The notes: generated by a model from the sequence alone, not told the origin. Positions 39,073-49,352 are shown, counted from the first letter of the stretch. The stretch is DNA of 64,000 bases from an uncultured virus (IMG/VR IMGVR_UViG_3300032069_000001) (IMGVR_UViG_3300032069_000001:33214-97213), one strand, 5' to 3'. Numbers and translations are program-made.

Positions 39073-39737
39073 GAGAATAATTCAAGCTGTGTTGCGTTTG
39101 GTTTTGGCTTGAAAATGCTTATAAAATCAGCGTATTCCAAGATGTCCCTGTAAGCAATAGAGTAATGAGTTTTTTTGCAAACATACTGGATTGCTCCTTG
39201 CCAGTTGTAAACAGGTTCTCCTTCCTTGTGTATCTTAACCGCAGGGTTTACTCCATAAACAAAGTCGCTCATCTTTATCCACCCTGCTATCCAAAGCTGT
39301 TCGGGGTGTCTATCATCATTAACCTTAAGATGAGTAAAAAGAATAATATCTATAGTGATTTTTTTCTTTTCATAGGTTATAGCATCATAGTTATTTTCCA
39401 TTGTGGCGGAAGGTGGATTTTTCCACGTATTGTTTTTAACATCAATATTCCTTCCATTTATTGATAAATCCACTTTAGACCGCTTTTCATACATTCTCCC
39501 CACTTTTAACTTTTCGTTCTTTTCTATGTAGTCTGCAACAAGCTTTTGAGCCAACCAACCGTTAATACCGTCTTTTCTGGCGTTTTCATCGTGCCATTTA
39601 TAATCTGTTGCCTTCTGCATAATCTCTGTAGCCTCTTTAATGGCTTCTGGTGTTATGTCTATCTTAACATAATGCCTATGTTTTTTTGGCGTATCTATTT
39701 CCTTTTCTGCTGATACGTCGTTCAACTTTTCGTCCAT
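39069..39737 (-). CDS. restriction-endonuclease-fold (PD-(D/E)XK-like) protein
   Basis: GWLAQ..VDL..IDVK..IAGW pattern. Confidence 0.55.
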   Translation of the reverse strand: MDEKLNDVSAEKEIDTPKKHRHYVKIDITPEAIKEATEIMQKATDYKWHDENARKDGINGWLAQKLVADYIEKNEKLKVGRMYEKRSKVDLSINGRNIDVKNNTWKNPPSATMENNYDAITYEKKKITIDIILFTHLKVNDDRHPEQLWIAGWIKMSDFVYGVNPAVKIHKEGEPVYNWQGAIQYVCKKTHYSIAYRDILEYADFISIFKPKPNATQLELFS

Positions 39738-41306
39738 ATCCTTCCCTCCACTCATAGAACTTCCTTTCCAGATGGAATTGAAGCCACGATAAGAAACCGA
39801 TTATTAAGAATATTGCGAGTAATGCGAAACTTCCTAAAATAAACCAACCAAGAACTTTCAATACTATCATTGCGTTACCTCCTTCAAGGTTTCATCAATC
39901 AGTCGTTTTAGGGTCTCCAAGTCCTTAATGCTTCCCAATTTCGCAACCACCTCTTTATCATCAGGAAATATAATAGATAAAGTAAAGGTGCTTAAGGAAA
40001 CTGTGTTATACAAAATCTTAAAAATAGTCCTGACTTTCCTGACGGAAACCTTTGTGAATAGTTTTTCGCTCATTTTGGGGTCTCCTTTTCGCTGTCTAAT
40101 TTACTTTGCCAAACAGCAACTCCATCGTGAACAATTTTTCTATGACAGTTACCATCTGGACAAACAAAGAATTTACCTCTATCCATATAACCATCAGTAA
40201 TGTCCATTTGCACAGCTCCCTTTTTTCCACACACAATACATATATTATCATCTTTTTTGCTCATTGACTTTCTCCTCGTGGCTCTCTATTATAGTGCCTG
40301 CTATTTGGAGCCCATCAGTCGTTACATCAACGCTGGCTATTTCTACTTTGTCTATTACAGTTATAACAGTTTGTTTTGGCAATACTAAAGTAACAGAGGA
40401 AAACTTTAAAAGACATTGATACAAATTCCATTGTATCTTTTCACAACATTTATCGCATATTATTCCGATTACACTATCCCCTACTTCTTGGTTTCTTTTG
40501 CATATCTTGCACTTTATTAACATCTTTCCTCCTACTCCTTTTTTAATAGTTTCACAATTTGTTCTAATTGTTCTACATACATCTTACTGCCATTGTTCAT
40601 TATCTTTTGTTTATCTGCACCCTCATTGAACCCATTTGCTTTACCAACATAAGCCTTGCGTTCTCCTGTGGGGTTCTCAATCACAACTATTCCGATTGTT
40701 TCCAGTCCACTAAACCAAAATGTATCTATTATCATACAACACCTCCCTTACTTCTTTTTCGTTTTTATTTTCTTTACAAACTTGCAAAGAATGGTTCTTA
40801 CACTTATCGTGTCTCCCTTAAAACCTCTATCAACATTTGCTATGCTAATGAAATTTGCCTTGCCTTCAACAATCTTAACGTCAACAAATTCATCTTTGCT
40901 TGTATCAACATTGCCAAGTAACTTTGCTGTGAACTTACCCTTTCTGCTATCGTTTATTTTCCACACCTCGCCCTTTTTTAGTTTCATCTGTCCCTCCTTC
41001 TATCTTAAAATTTTTTACATTCATCTTAAAATAATAATGACCGCCAACATAGGTTTTACGCCAGAACAAAGCAACAAACAAAGGATTTTTCCAAAGAGCA
41101 CGAATAACATCTTCGTTCCCGCTCCACCCGCCTGTATGAAGTTCAAGCCAGAATACGTTCTTTTTGCCTTTGAGTTTAAATCCCCACTCTGGCGTCCACC
41201 AATGATTTTCTATGTAATCAACAAGCTCCATAACGCCCTGTGTCATTATATCCCAATCAACTATTATTTGGAGCTGTTTCTCTGTCGGATACTCGTTCCC
41301 TATCAT
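39676..41306 (-). other. cluster of seven small hypothetical CDSs (39676-39870, 39867-40073, 40070-40264, 40248-40523, 40532-40735, 40748-40987, 40947-41306)
   Basis: coupled ORFs with GGAGG-type RBSs; the 40947 ORF contains ELHTGGWSGNE. Confidence 0.6.
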
Positions 41307-42309
41307 TGTGTTTCCTCCCACTTTCTTTATCCTTTTCTCTGTCTTTTTCTTTGTATTCATTACTTCTTAACTTACCATCATAGCCGAGATACATTCCTTC
41401 GGGTGCAAATAAAGGATTTTTGTCGGTTGCAGAATGTTTAAGCTTATCTGTAATATGCAAGTATCTTTGCGTTGTAATCAACGAACTATGTCCTGCCTGT
41501 TCCTTTATTTCCATCAGATTTGCTCCGTGCGTAAGTTCAAGCGTGAAGCACGTATGTCGTAACGTATGAACGGACAGTCTTTTCTTTTTCCTTTTTTTAA
41601 GATTTGCCAAGTCAAGATAATGGCTAACCATACGTTGAACAGCTTGCGAATTCATCGGTTTCTTATATTGCGTAAGAAAAATATGTTCGTCCACTATACT
41701 GCTTTTATAGCTTGGCTCTTTTCTAAATTCCGCTATGTATTCTCGTATCATTTTAGCAAGCTCTGATTGAACTTTGAGCACTCTCTCCTTATTGCCTTTG
41801 CCTAATACATATAGAACGTCCACACCTTGCTGTGTAGTAAAATCTTTTATTTTTAAATTCACTATTTCGCTTACCCTTAACCCGCACCCAAGTAGAATAT
41901 TTACCATAACCCAATCTCTTGTTTTTGCTTCTGGTTTCAACATTTTCCATTGCTCAACTACCCTTAAGAGTTCTTTTGCTTCATTCATACTTAATACAGC
42001 GGGTTCCTCCTCTTGTTGTTTTGGTAACGCAAGAAACTCCGCAGGATTAGTTCCCAAATATTTCATTCTGTAGCAGAATGTCATAAAGGACTTTATGACA
42101 TTAAGCTTTGTCCTCTGTGATGAAATTTTATGTCTTGATATTGCCAACATTGCCTTAAACGTTACGAGGTCATCAAAAACAATAGAGCCAATGTCTTTGT
42201 TGCCAATATAATTTAAAAACAGTTTTATCTGGCTGACATAATATTTCTTTGTTGTGCCAGAGTTTAAATTCGCAATAAACTGATTGATTATGATGTCGTT
42301 TGTGTTCAC
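41257..42309 (-). CDS. XerC/D-like tyrosine recombinase
   Basis: GLRVSE, GKGNKER, HTLRH, GHSS, TQRY. Confidence 0.95.
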   Translation of the reverse strand: MNTNDIIINQFIANLNSGTTKKYYVSQIKLFLNYIGNKDIGSIVFDDLVTFKAMLAISRHKISSQRTKLNVIKSFMTFCYRMKYLGTNPAEFLALPKQQEEEPAVLSMNEAKELLRVVEQWKMLKPEAKTRDWVMVNILLGCGLRVSEIVNLKIKDFTTQQGVDVLYVLGKGNKERVLKVQSELAKMIREYIAEFRKEPSYKSSIVDEHIFLTQYKKPMNSQAVQRMVSHYLDLANLKKRKKKRLSVHTLRHTCFTLELTHGANLMEIKEQAGHSSLITTQRYLHITDKLKHSATDKNPLFAPEGMYLGYDGKLRSNEYKEKDREKDKESGRKHNDRERVSDRETAPNNS

Positions 42310-42533
42310 AGTTCCTTCCCTTTTATTATTTTGTATAGGTCTCCAAACCCTATGTCTCCGCCCAAATCTACTAACATTTCCGCTTCGTGGAGTATCCTTG
42401 CGTGCTCATATTCTTTGCAGAGAGCTTCAAGCTCACAAGCAAATTCCTTAATACTATCCCAAGATAAGCCAGACTTAACAACCAATTTTGCTCTTTCTGT
42501 CGCAAATTCCTCTTTAGTCATCAGTATCTCCAT
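42306..42533 (-). CDS. hypothetical protein
   Basis: 75 aa, coupled to the recombinase. Confidence 0.5.
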   Translation of the reverse strand: MEILMTKEEFATERAKLVVKSGLSWDSIKEFACELEALCKEYEHARILHEAEMLVDLGGDIGFGDLYKIIKGKEL

Positions 42534-42850
42534 ATTTCAGAATATTTTTTACATACCCAACAGTAAAATTGTTTTAAACACGCTACATAAAATATATTAT
42601 CGCTATCACAATAAGGACAAATCACTTTACCATCTTTAACCTTAACGTCACTCATTTCTTTCCCTTTAAGCAAGTGGAACATTTCAGAACACCAATCTTG
42701 TTTTGTCTCATACCACCAGCCATTGTCATTGTTTTAGGATATTTACCACACCAGTATCCATCACAATAGACTATATGGGGACATTCATTTTTTAGCGATA
42801 AGCACCACCCCTTTTGATGCTTTCCACAGTATTTTCCTTTTGGTATTGTT

Positions 42851-43762
42851 TTAATAATTATTCTCCTTACGAAACTCTTTTTGTTCTTTTAAAGCTTCGT
42901 CCCACTTAAATAATTTTTCCCATTTCTCTGTGCCGACGTGATAAAGAAAAATATTAAGAACAGCCGTGTCAATATCCTCGCTTTTTGTTTCTGGAAACGA
43001 AATAATGGTTTTACGTGCTTTATAGAAAGCATTTAAGGTCGGGTCATATTTATAATCTGTGTCTGACCTTCCCATCAATTTTTCCATCTGCGGACGATTA
43101 AGAACCGACATTCTAATCTGTCCTTGCATTTCCGTTTCAGCCCAACATTCAACATCTTTAAATCCGTATTTTTTGTGAATAAGCCTGCGAAGCGGAACTA
43201 TGTATTCAGACCACTCCATTTGTCCAGTCGGATACCAGATGTCAATATAAGCGAAATCAAATTTTGCCTTCCCGCTCGCAAGATATTTGAACAGGTCTGC
43301 GTGAACTACTTTAATGTTTTTTGGAAGATAAGGAGCCACAAGCTTAATAACCTTCTCGTCTATTTCAACTACAGTAATTGATTTCACTTTTTTATTCTTT
43401 CCGTTTATCATATCTTTTGCGATTACGCTCGGGTAATACCCAAGACCGAGACCGCCAACAAGAATATCTCCGTGTGCTTTCTCAACGGCTTGGCTCATCA
43501 TAAAAGTTTCCTGTGGACTGTCTGTCATCAGTATCCCGTGACCTTGTTTGCAGAGTTTATGTATTATTCTTTCTCTCGGCAAGTTTACCTTACAGGAAGG
43601 AATTCCATAAAATAAAGAGTTACGGAGACTAACTACCGTAACCTCTGCTCCCCTCTTTAAAACATCGTGTTTGATTTCATACTTCCCAATTTTCTTCTCT
43701 GGAATATCCAATGGTGAGTAGAGCAATTTCTCATTCACTTCCACTTCGTATTTTGTTTTCAT
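42851..43762 (-). CDS. spermidine-synthase-like class I SAM-binding protein / methyltransferase
   Basis: ILVGGLGLG, VVEID, DLF, FDFAYIDIW; start moved to MKTKY because the track start lies in the promoter. Confidence 0.8.
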   Translation of the reverse strand: MKTKYEVEVNEKLLYSPLDIPEKKIGKYEIKHDVLKRGAEVTVVSLRNSLFYGIPSCKVNLPRERIIHKLCKQGHGILMTDSPQETFMMSQAVEKAHGDILVGGLGLGYYPSVIAKDMINGKNKKVKSITVVEIDEKVIKLVAPYLPKNIKVVHADLFKYLASGKAKFDFAYIDIWYPTGQMEWSEYIVPLRRLIHKKYGFKDVECWAETEMQGQIRMSVLNRPQMEKLMGRSDTDYKYDPTLNAFYKARKTIISFPETKSEDIDTAVLNIFLYHVGTEKWEKLFKWDEALKEQKEFRKENNY

Positions 43763-43799
43763 TCTCATTCTCCTTTTGGGTTCTGTGTTCTTTACTTGT

Positions 43800-43828
43800 A
43801 GTATAACATAAGATATGTATTTTGTCAA
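43800..43828 (-). promoter_or_regulatory. promoter heading the leftward early/middle region
   Basis: TTGACA-17nt-TATACT with extended TG. Confidence 0.8.
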
Positions 43829-43840
43829 GTATTATTTTTA

Positions 43841-43872
43841 GAAAGGGGGGAGCAAGTTTTAGCCTGCTCCCC
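43841..43872 (-). terminator. possible intrinsic terminator after the lysis cassette
   Basis: 8-bp stem GGGGAGCA/TGCTCCCC, short U tract. Confidence 0.45.
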
Positions 43873-43926
43873 AAATATAGGTGGGTTGGGTTGGATAGCC
43901 CATCGGGAGGTGGATTAGTCCCCCCG

Positions 43927-44256
43927 TTAAAATTTTATACTTAAACCAACTGCTGGGTTGAAGACTGGCTTAAAACCAAACAAGTCGTTGTATTTAGTCA
44001 TCATATAAGCCCCAACATCTATCTTTATATTACCTTGTTCCAGAATATTCTTTGCTACTCCAAGACCAATCTTATCGTTTGTAAAACCGCTGTCAAGATA
44101 AAAACCGTTAGTAATATCGGTTATTTTCTTATACACGGCTCCTTGAACTCCGTCCTTATCTACGAGAATTCCTGCTCTTGCGTCGGATAAGGTCTCTACT
44201 ACTGCTTTAACGACGCCTCCTACACTTGTAAAGTCAGGGAGCCCCGTTATTTTGGG
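43927..44256 (-). CDS. beta-rich extension probably translated by -1 frameshift from the holin-like gene
   Basis: the open frame begins exactly at C CCA AAA; no well-placed start; ends VGLSIKF. Confidence 0.65.
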   Translation of the reverse strand, partial: PKITGLPDFTSVGGVVKAVVETLSDARAGILVDKDGVQGAVYKKITDITNGFYLDSGFTNDKIGLGVAKNILEQGNIKIDVGAYMMTKYNDLFGFKPVFNPAVGLSIKF

Positions 44257-44672
44257 TCAGGGTCAGCCTTACCTCCTCCAGTTCCCCCTGCGGGTTCATC
44301 AGCTTTATCTTTCGCAAGTGCCGTAGCCGAACTTATAGCTTCAGAACCCTTTGTATATATGAGGTTTACCGCAGATGCGATATTTTTGGCTTGCGTGACA
44401 TCGTTGTCGGTTACAACCCACCAGCCTGCTCTTTTCATAAACTCACGGAATTTCTGTGCAAACAGATTGATTTTATCATCTGTTTTAACCGTGTTTCCTT
44501 TTTCAGCGTCCACTCTGGCAAACTCCTCAACTGCCCTGAACGCCACTTCTGCCCACTTCTGGACAGCTCTGTTCTTGAGGTATTTCACACCCCCAACCAG
44601 AGAAATGATGAATATAACTATCTTTTGCACAAGTTCGTTGTTCAAAAGATTTACTACGGTATTCATATCCAT
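44247..44672 (-). CDS. LL-H-like holin
   Basis: N-terminal TM helix then AEVAFRAVEE..K helical pattern; next to the endolysin. Confidence 0.6.
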   Translation of the reverse strand: MDMNTVVNLLNNELVQKIVIFIISLVGGVKYLKNRAVQKWAEVAFRAVEEFARVDAEKGNTVKTDDKINLFAQKFREFMKRAGWWVVTDNDVTQAKNIASAVNLIYTKGSEAISSATALAKDKADEPAGGTGGGKADPDPK

Positions 44673-44735
44673 AGCTCTACCCCTCCTTTTTTAATTTGCT
44701 TTGGGCAAATACCCAAAAGCATTGTTTTTTATCGC

Positions 44736-44832
44736 AATTCCTAATTCTTAATATTCCTAATAGCATTTTCTCAACTCTCCTAATGTTGACCTATTCCTAA
44801 TTTTATTCCTAATTTTCCTAATATTCCTAATA
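44736..44832. repeat. array of eight TTCCTAAT-like (ATTAGGAA) direct repeats
   Basis: copies at 44738, 44745, 44754, 44777, 44794, 44806, 44815, 44824. Confidence 0.75.
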
Positions 44833-45309
44833 TTATTGCAACTTGTAATGCCATAAATCAATCACCCTATTTAACCACCCCAGAAGGTTATCTTCTATTT
44901 TCATAATCGTTGGGTCTTTAGCTCTTGCCTGTCTATTGTTGTTGCATATCTCTGCATATCTTGCCATACGTCTTAACAAAATATCTTTTGCAATAAAATT
45001 TGAACCCAGTTCCGCTAACCACTTTTGAACCTGGGGAACTCCATTATTAACTGCACTATCAAAGATTGCAAGAGCAAGATTGTCTTCGTATTGGTCGCAC
45101 TTCATTGGAACCCAATAATTTTTATAGTAAATATCCTTTGCTACTACCTTTGCATCATCAGCCGACATCTTATCCATTAACGCTACTTCGGTGGGATAAT
45201 AAAGAGAAGCAATGCCCCAGATTGTTAATTTGCCAGGGTCATTTTTGCTGTTGCTTTTATAACCTTCGTGTTCAAAAACAAACGGTAAACATTTATTAAA
45301 CTTCTCCAT
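44833..45309 (-). CDS. GH108 endolysin (N-acetylmuramidase)
   Basis: HEGY..NDPGKLTIWGI, IYYKNYW, FDSAVNNG, GWLNR; upstream alternative start at 45411. Confidence 0.88.
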   Translation of the reverse strand: MEKFNKCLPFVFEHEGYKSNSKNDPGKLTIWGIASLYYPTEVALMDKMSADDAKVVAKDIYYKNYWVPMKCDQYEDNLALAIFDSAVNNGVPQVQKWLAELGSNFIAKDILLRRMARYAEICNNNRQARAKDPTIMKIEDNLLGWLNRVIDLWHYKLQ

Positions 45310-45391
45310 TTTGTCCCTCCTTACTATCAGGTTTTGAACCGCAGTTGGTAAACTTGATTTCTTAATATTATTAAGAAAATTAAGAATTAAC

Positions 45392-45706
45392 TCAAACAGT
45401 TTTTTCAGCATCGTTACTCTCCCCAGAAGATTTCTGTTTGTTCAGCTCTTTCAAATAATCAGCTCCCGTAATAGTAATAATTTTGGTTTCTATTTTCAGA
45501 TTTTCAAAAGTCCTTATTAAGATTAACGAAAGAACGATGATGGTGAAATACAAATCCGAAAATGTTGGTTGAAAATATTTAAGCACTATCATTAGAATAC
45601 AGATGACAAATTTTCCTCCAAGCATCATTTTGGATACCCTGTCTTTGGTGACTTGGCTTAATGTCATTTTATTCATTAGTTGATTAACAAATTTAGGTGC
45701 TTCCAT
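45392..45706 (-). CDS. two-TM membrane protein (holin-like)
   Basis: two hydrophobic helices, in the lysis cassette. Confidence 0.55.
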   Translation of the reverse strand: MEAPKFVNQLMNKMTLSQVTKDRVSKMMLGGKFVICILMIVLKYFQPTFSDLYFTIIVLSLILIRTFENLKIETKIITITGADYLKELNKQKSSGESNDAEKTV

Positions 45707-45866
45707 CTTTTTCGTCCTCCTTTATTAACTCTGTTGTAACATTCCAATATCCGCACTTTGAACAACTATAAGCATAATTGATATAAAGTCCACCTTTACC
45801 CCAGAACTCTTTATCAAGATGCTCCTGATTACATTTTGGGCATAATTTGTTTGTCTTTTCTTTCAC
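45693..45866 (-). CDS. small zinc-ribbon protein
   Basis: GTG start; CPKC...CSKCGY, 57 aa; not in the track. Confidence 0.5.
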   Translation of the reverse strand: MKEKTNKLCPKCNQEHLDKEFWGKGGLYINYAYSCSKCGYWNVTTELIKEDEKDGST

Positions 45867-46038
45867 TTTTTATCTGTATTTTAAAATGATTTTTTTGCAA
45901 AGTTTCAAATAATTGTTGTGTCTGCCTTTTAGCCTCATATATATTGTTGTTATTTTTATGTCGTTTTTTGCAAAAAATTAGCTCACCAATTACAATCAAT
46001 AGAGCAAGTATTAAAATTACGATAATAGAGCAAACCAT
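45829..46038 (-). CDS. single-TM protein
   Basis: hydrophobic N-terminus. Confidence 0.55.
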   Translation of the reverse strand: MVCSIIVILILALLIVIGELIFCKKRHKNNNNIYEAKRQTQQLFETLQKNHFKIQIKSERKDKQIMPKM

Positions 46039-46039
46039 T

Positions 46040-46216
46040 TTAGTTGCTATCCTCCCTGCTCACATCAATTTTATCTTTAATAACTGCAAGCGTTTTGGAT
46101 ATTTCGCCAAGAACGTCTGTCATTTCTTTCATTCGCATTTCGTATCTCCATAACAAATAAATTGCAACGGCTATAGGAAAACCAACCTGTTGAATTATCG
46201 TTACCCACTCATTCAT
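46040..46216 (-). CDS. YvrJ/BhlA-like small holin
   Basis: IQQVGFPIAVAIYLLWRYE, 58 aa, AAGGAG RBS; not in the track. Confidence 0.7.
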   Translation of the reverse strand: MNEWVTIIQQVGFPIAVAIYLLWRYEMRMKEMTDVLGEISKTLAVIKDKIDVSREDSN

Positions 46217-46234
46217 ATATAAATTCTCCTTTTC

Positions 46235-47806
46235 TTAAGATACTGGGATATACTCACAAAACAATACTGAACCAACTGAAGGAGCAACCAGTATCGTTAT
46301 TTGTGTTCCTGAAACAATGTATTCTGTTGCAGGAACCAACCTCAACCCGTCCCTATACAGTTTAATTTTATTGTTTTGTGGTGCAAAAGATATTGTAAAT
46401 ATTTGATTTCCACCACCTACAGCTCCCCCTGGTGTTTCCTGAACTTCAGCAAGACTTCCGTCTGCGTTTAACGAATTGTTCAATCTTGCCCACAGAGAAG
46501 TTCTGTTTCCTCTTGCCGTCACTACTTCGTCCAGGTCAATAATAAATACTCTTTGGTCGGTTATGTTAGCCTGGATAATGGTAATCACGGCTTCACCAAC
46601 AAAAACATCTGCTAATTTGAAATTATCGCTGTCAACAGACGGAACAGCAGGAGTATGGTTTGCTATTCCTTTTTTTACGCTAATTAAAGAAGTGATATAG
46701 TTTACCTGAACTATATCGTATCTCGGAAGATAATACCTATAATCAACAAGCACAGCATCGGGAACATTAACAGTATCTATTCTTGTAATTTGTCCTGTTG
46801 CTGTAGTTATATTTATTTGCAATGCTGTCCCTGGATTATCGTAATCAACAGTATAATGAACTGTGCCAGTTACATCTGTTACATCAATACCGCTTCCCCT
46901 TACTTGATGAGGCGGGGTGCTATCTTCCTGTAGTTGTTGTGTATCACTTCCAGAAAAGTTAATCGGCTCATCAACAATATCCACAAAGGAAGCAACATCA
47001 ATCGCTAAAGTATTTGCAGTTATAAAGTTTGCAAGGTATCCATCTACTAAAAGACGACCGTCGGCTACAACCACACTCATATCTTGTGGAGTATTTTCCG
47101 TTACGTTCAATTCCCCGAGAAATCCTTTAAACACACCGTCAGAATGAAGTAAGTCTGTGCCCGCAGATATTGGAGCATTTGCTTTCATAAATTGGTCAAC
47201 ACGAGGAATATTGATTATTGTGTTGGGGCTTATTACACCAGGAGTAATTGTTGTCACTCCTGCACCCACATATATAGTAGCGAGTTTCATATAGCCAGAT
47301 GGAGTAGCGGGTTCTGCTGGAGTAGAAGAAGGCGTTCCGTGAACAACAGCTATTGTGTAATATCTTTCTATTCTGGTCTTAACAACCTGGTCATATTCAG
47401 TCGGAGGAATTGTTGTTGGATTTATAAAATGTTTCGTTTGAGAAGAACCTTCTTTATAGGCAAAATTTATACAGACAATATCTTTTCTTGGGTCTGTTGG
47501 GTGAGACGTCTGTCCGTTACCCCAAATATTCGCATCTTGGTCTTCTACGCCAGTCAAAATATTAAGAGTTGCTTCATTTGCTATCGTAAAGAATTTGCCG
47601 TCAAGTGCAACAAAATCTCCAACTTGTAATTTACAGAGACCGCTAACGGGATTGGTTGCTACAACATTTCCTCCGTTAATCCTGTAATTGCTTCCGTATA
47701 TCAACCGCTTTACCAAGTCAAAAGATGTATCCTCTGGTAAATCCGATAGTGCCTGCATTGTCTCCTGGTCTGCTTGCATTAAGTCTGTTATTTTTACTTT
47801 GCCCAT
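46235..47806 (-). CDS. baseplate / tail-fibre-associated protein
   Basis: two copies of an R.D.V...P..P....KLA.V.V module; follows the baseplate genes. Confidence 0.7.
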   Translation of the reverse strand: MGKVKITDLMQADQETMQALSDLPEDTSFDLVKRLIYGSNYRINGGNVVATNPVSGLCKLQVGDFVALDGKFFTIANEATLNILTGVEDQDANIWGNGQTSHPTDPRKDIVCINFAYKEGSSQTKHFINPTTIPPTEYDQVVKTRIERYYTIAVVHGTPSSTPAEPATPSGYMKLATIYVGAGVTTITPGVISPNTIINIPRVDQFMKANAPISAGTDLLHSDGVFKGFLGELNVTENTPQDMSVVVADGRLLVDGYLANFITANTLAIDVASFVDIVDEPINFSGSDTQQLQEDSTPPHQVRGSGIDVTDVTGTVHYTVDYDNPGTALQINITTATGQITRIDTVNVPDAVLVDYRYYLPRYDIVQVNYITSLISVKKGIANHTPAVPSVDSDNFKLADVFVGEAVITIIQANITDQRVFIIDLDEVVTARGNRTSLWARLNNSLNADGSLAEVQETPGGAVGGGNQIFTISFAPQNNKIKLYRDGLRLVPATEYIVSGTQITILVAPSVGSVLFCEYIPVS

Positions 47807-47815
47807 AAAATCCTC

Positions 47816-49342
47816 CTATTCTATTATTTGAACGCTGTATCGGACACCAGCACATTTCATATCATTGATTGCATCAAGAATTCTTTGTAACTGTGTCCCT
47901 TGTCTTATCTTTACTAAAACATTAAAAAAGAACGGCTGTTCTCCTGCCGAACTTACTATTATATCTGCTTTTGTTTCCCACCCTATTGCACCGATAAATC
48001 CTATGTAACTGTGTCCAACAAACATAGAACTTAATCCAGAGCCTTCTCTTAATTGAACATAAATCACGCCATCTACAAGTTGAATAGCTTGTTCAATACT
48101 GCTCTTAATAGTTTTTGGCTGGATAACTGTATTTAGCAATCTCTTTGACATTTGTGCATCAGTTTCATTTTCATATCTCTTTGTTCCAAACCAGCTTCCC
48201 CAAGCATCAAGAAATTCTGCTTCTGCTGTGTTAATATTAAATTGTTTAATTGCAGAAGCGTAATCAATAAGACCAAGAGCCGTTAAAGCTCTCGCAAGAG
48301 AGTAATAAAGAGCATAAGATATTGTTGGGTAAGCTCTTGAAAATCTTCTCGTTATATTATTAAATAACGAAAATAATATTGGCATAGTTGCATCTTGTCC
48401 AGCTATTGTATATTTATCTGGATACTTTGCATAACCAGCATAGTAAATTACACCTTTACCAATATATGTATCTTCCACTATTTCATCTACGGTATCAGCT
48501 ATTATAGTGCCATCGTTTTCATCTAAAGGATAAGAACCGAGTTTTTTAATAATTCTTGTTTCAATAAAATCAGGGTCAATCGGGTTTGTCCAAAGTATAG
48601 TGACCTTGCCTTCGTTGACGTGTTGTCTGACCTCAAAATTAGTGATTGCAGGATATTGAATAACGGTAATAAGTATATCTCCATTTACAATTTTAATATT
48701 TGTGCAAATAATTTCTATGTCTGCCTGGATAGACACGTCTTGTAAATTTCTTAAATGGAAGTAGTTAAATAATGTTGTGAACGCTATAGTTGTTTCCGCA
48801 CTTCCAAGAATACCGACATCAGCTTGGTCATACGGAGTAGCAGGTGTATAATCTGTTCCAAGCTGTTGATAAACTTCATCTTCCGCAGATTTATAAAGAA
48901 ATAACACTTTGCCGTTCAACCATTTTATCCTCAAAACAATATTGTTATCATCGGGGAATAATCCAGCAAATAATTGTGAAAGCGTTCCACTTACACACTC
49001 ATAAGCACTTATTTTGTTTACGCCTGCAATCCTTTCTTTTGCAAAAAAGATGTAATCGCTTGCTCCGATTTGCATAAATACACCAGCTAATTGTCCGTCG
49101 GCGGTTGGAGTAAATGTGTTGATTAAGATTTCCACAGCGAAATACTGGCTTTCGTTTGATTGAATAATATAAGGAACATTGTTAAGATTTGCACCAATAG
49201 ACGAAGTTGCCCCTACATTTAATTTGAAATTACCTGGAGCATCTATAAGACTATAACTGCAATCTGCTATAGTATCATTATGCCAAATCCACTTGGTATC
49301 TAATATACTGCTTGTAAATTCGTCATCTCTTGGTGTCGGCAT
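47816..49342 (-). CDS. baseplate wedge (gpI-like C-domain) with N-terminal ConA-like and FN3-like domains
   Basis: INTAEAEFLDAWGSWFGTKR..ETD; DDEF..LDTKWIW..AGVF lectin-like N-domain. Confidence 0.75.
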   Translation of the reverse strand: MPTPRDDEFTSSILDTKWIWHNDTIADCSYSLIDAPGNFKLNVGATSSIGANLNNVPYIIQSNESQYFAVEILINTFTPTADGQLAGVFMQIGASDYIFFAKERIAGVNKISAYECVSGTLSQLFAGLFPDDNNIVLRIKWLNGKVLFLYKSAEDEVYQQLGTDYTPATPYDQADVGILGSAETTIAFTTLFNYFHLRNLQDVSIQADIEIICTNIKIVNGDILITVIQYPAITNFEVRQHVNEGKVTILWTNPIDPDFIETRIIKKLGSYPLDENDGTIIADTVDEIVEDTYIGKGVIYYAGYAKYPDKYTIAGQDATMPILFSLFNNITRRFSRAYPTISYALYYSLARALTALGLIDYASAIKQFNINTAEAEFLDAWGSWFGTKRYENETDAQMSKRLLNTVIQPKTIKSSIEQAIQLVDGVIYVQLREGSGLSSMFVGHSYIGFIGAIGWETKADIIVSSAGEQPFFFNVLVKIRQGTQLQRILDAINDMKCAGVRYSVQIIE

Positions 49343-49352
49343 TTACTACTCC

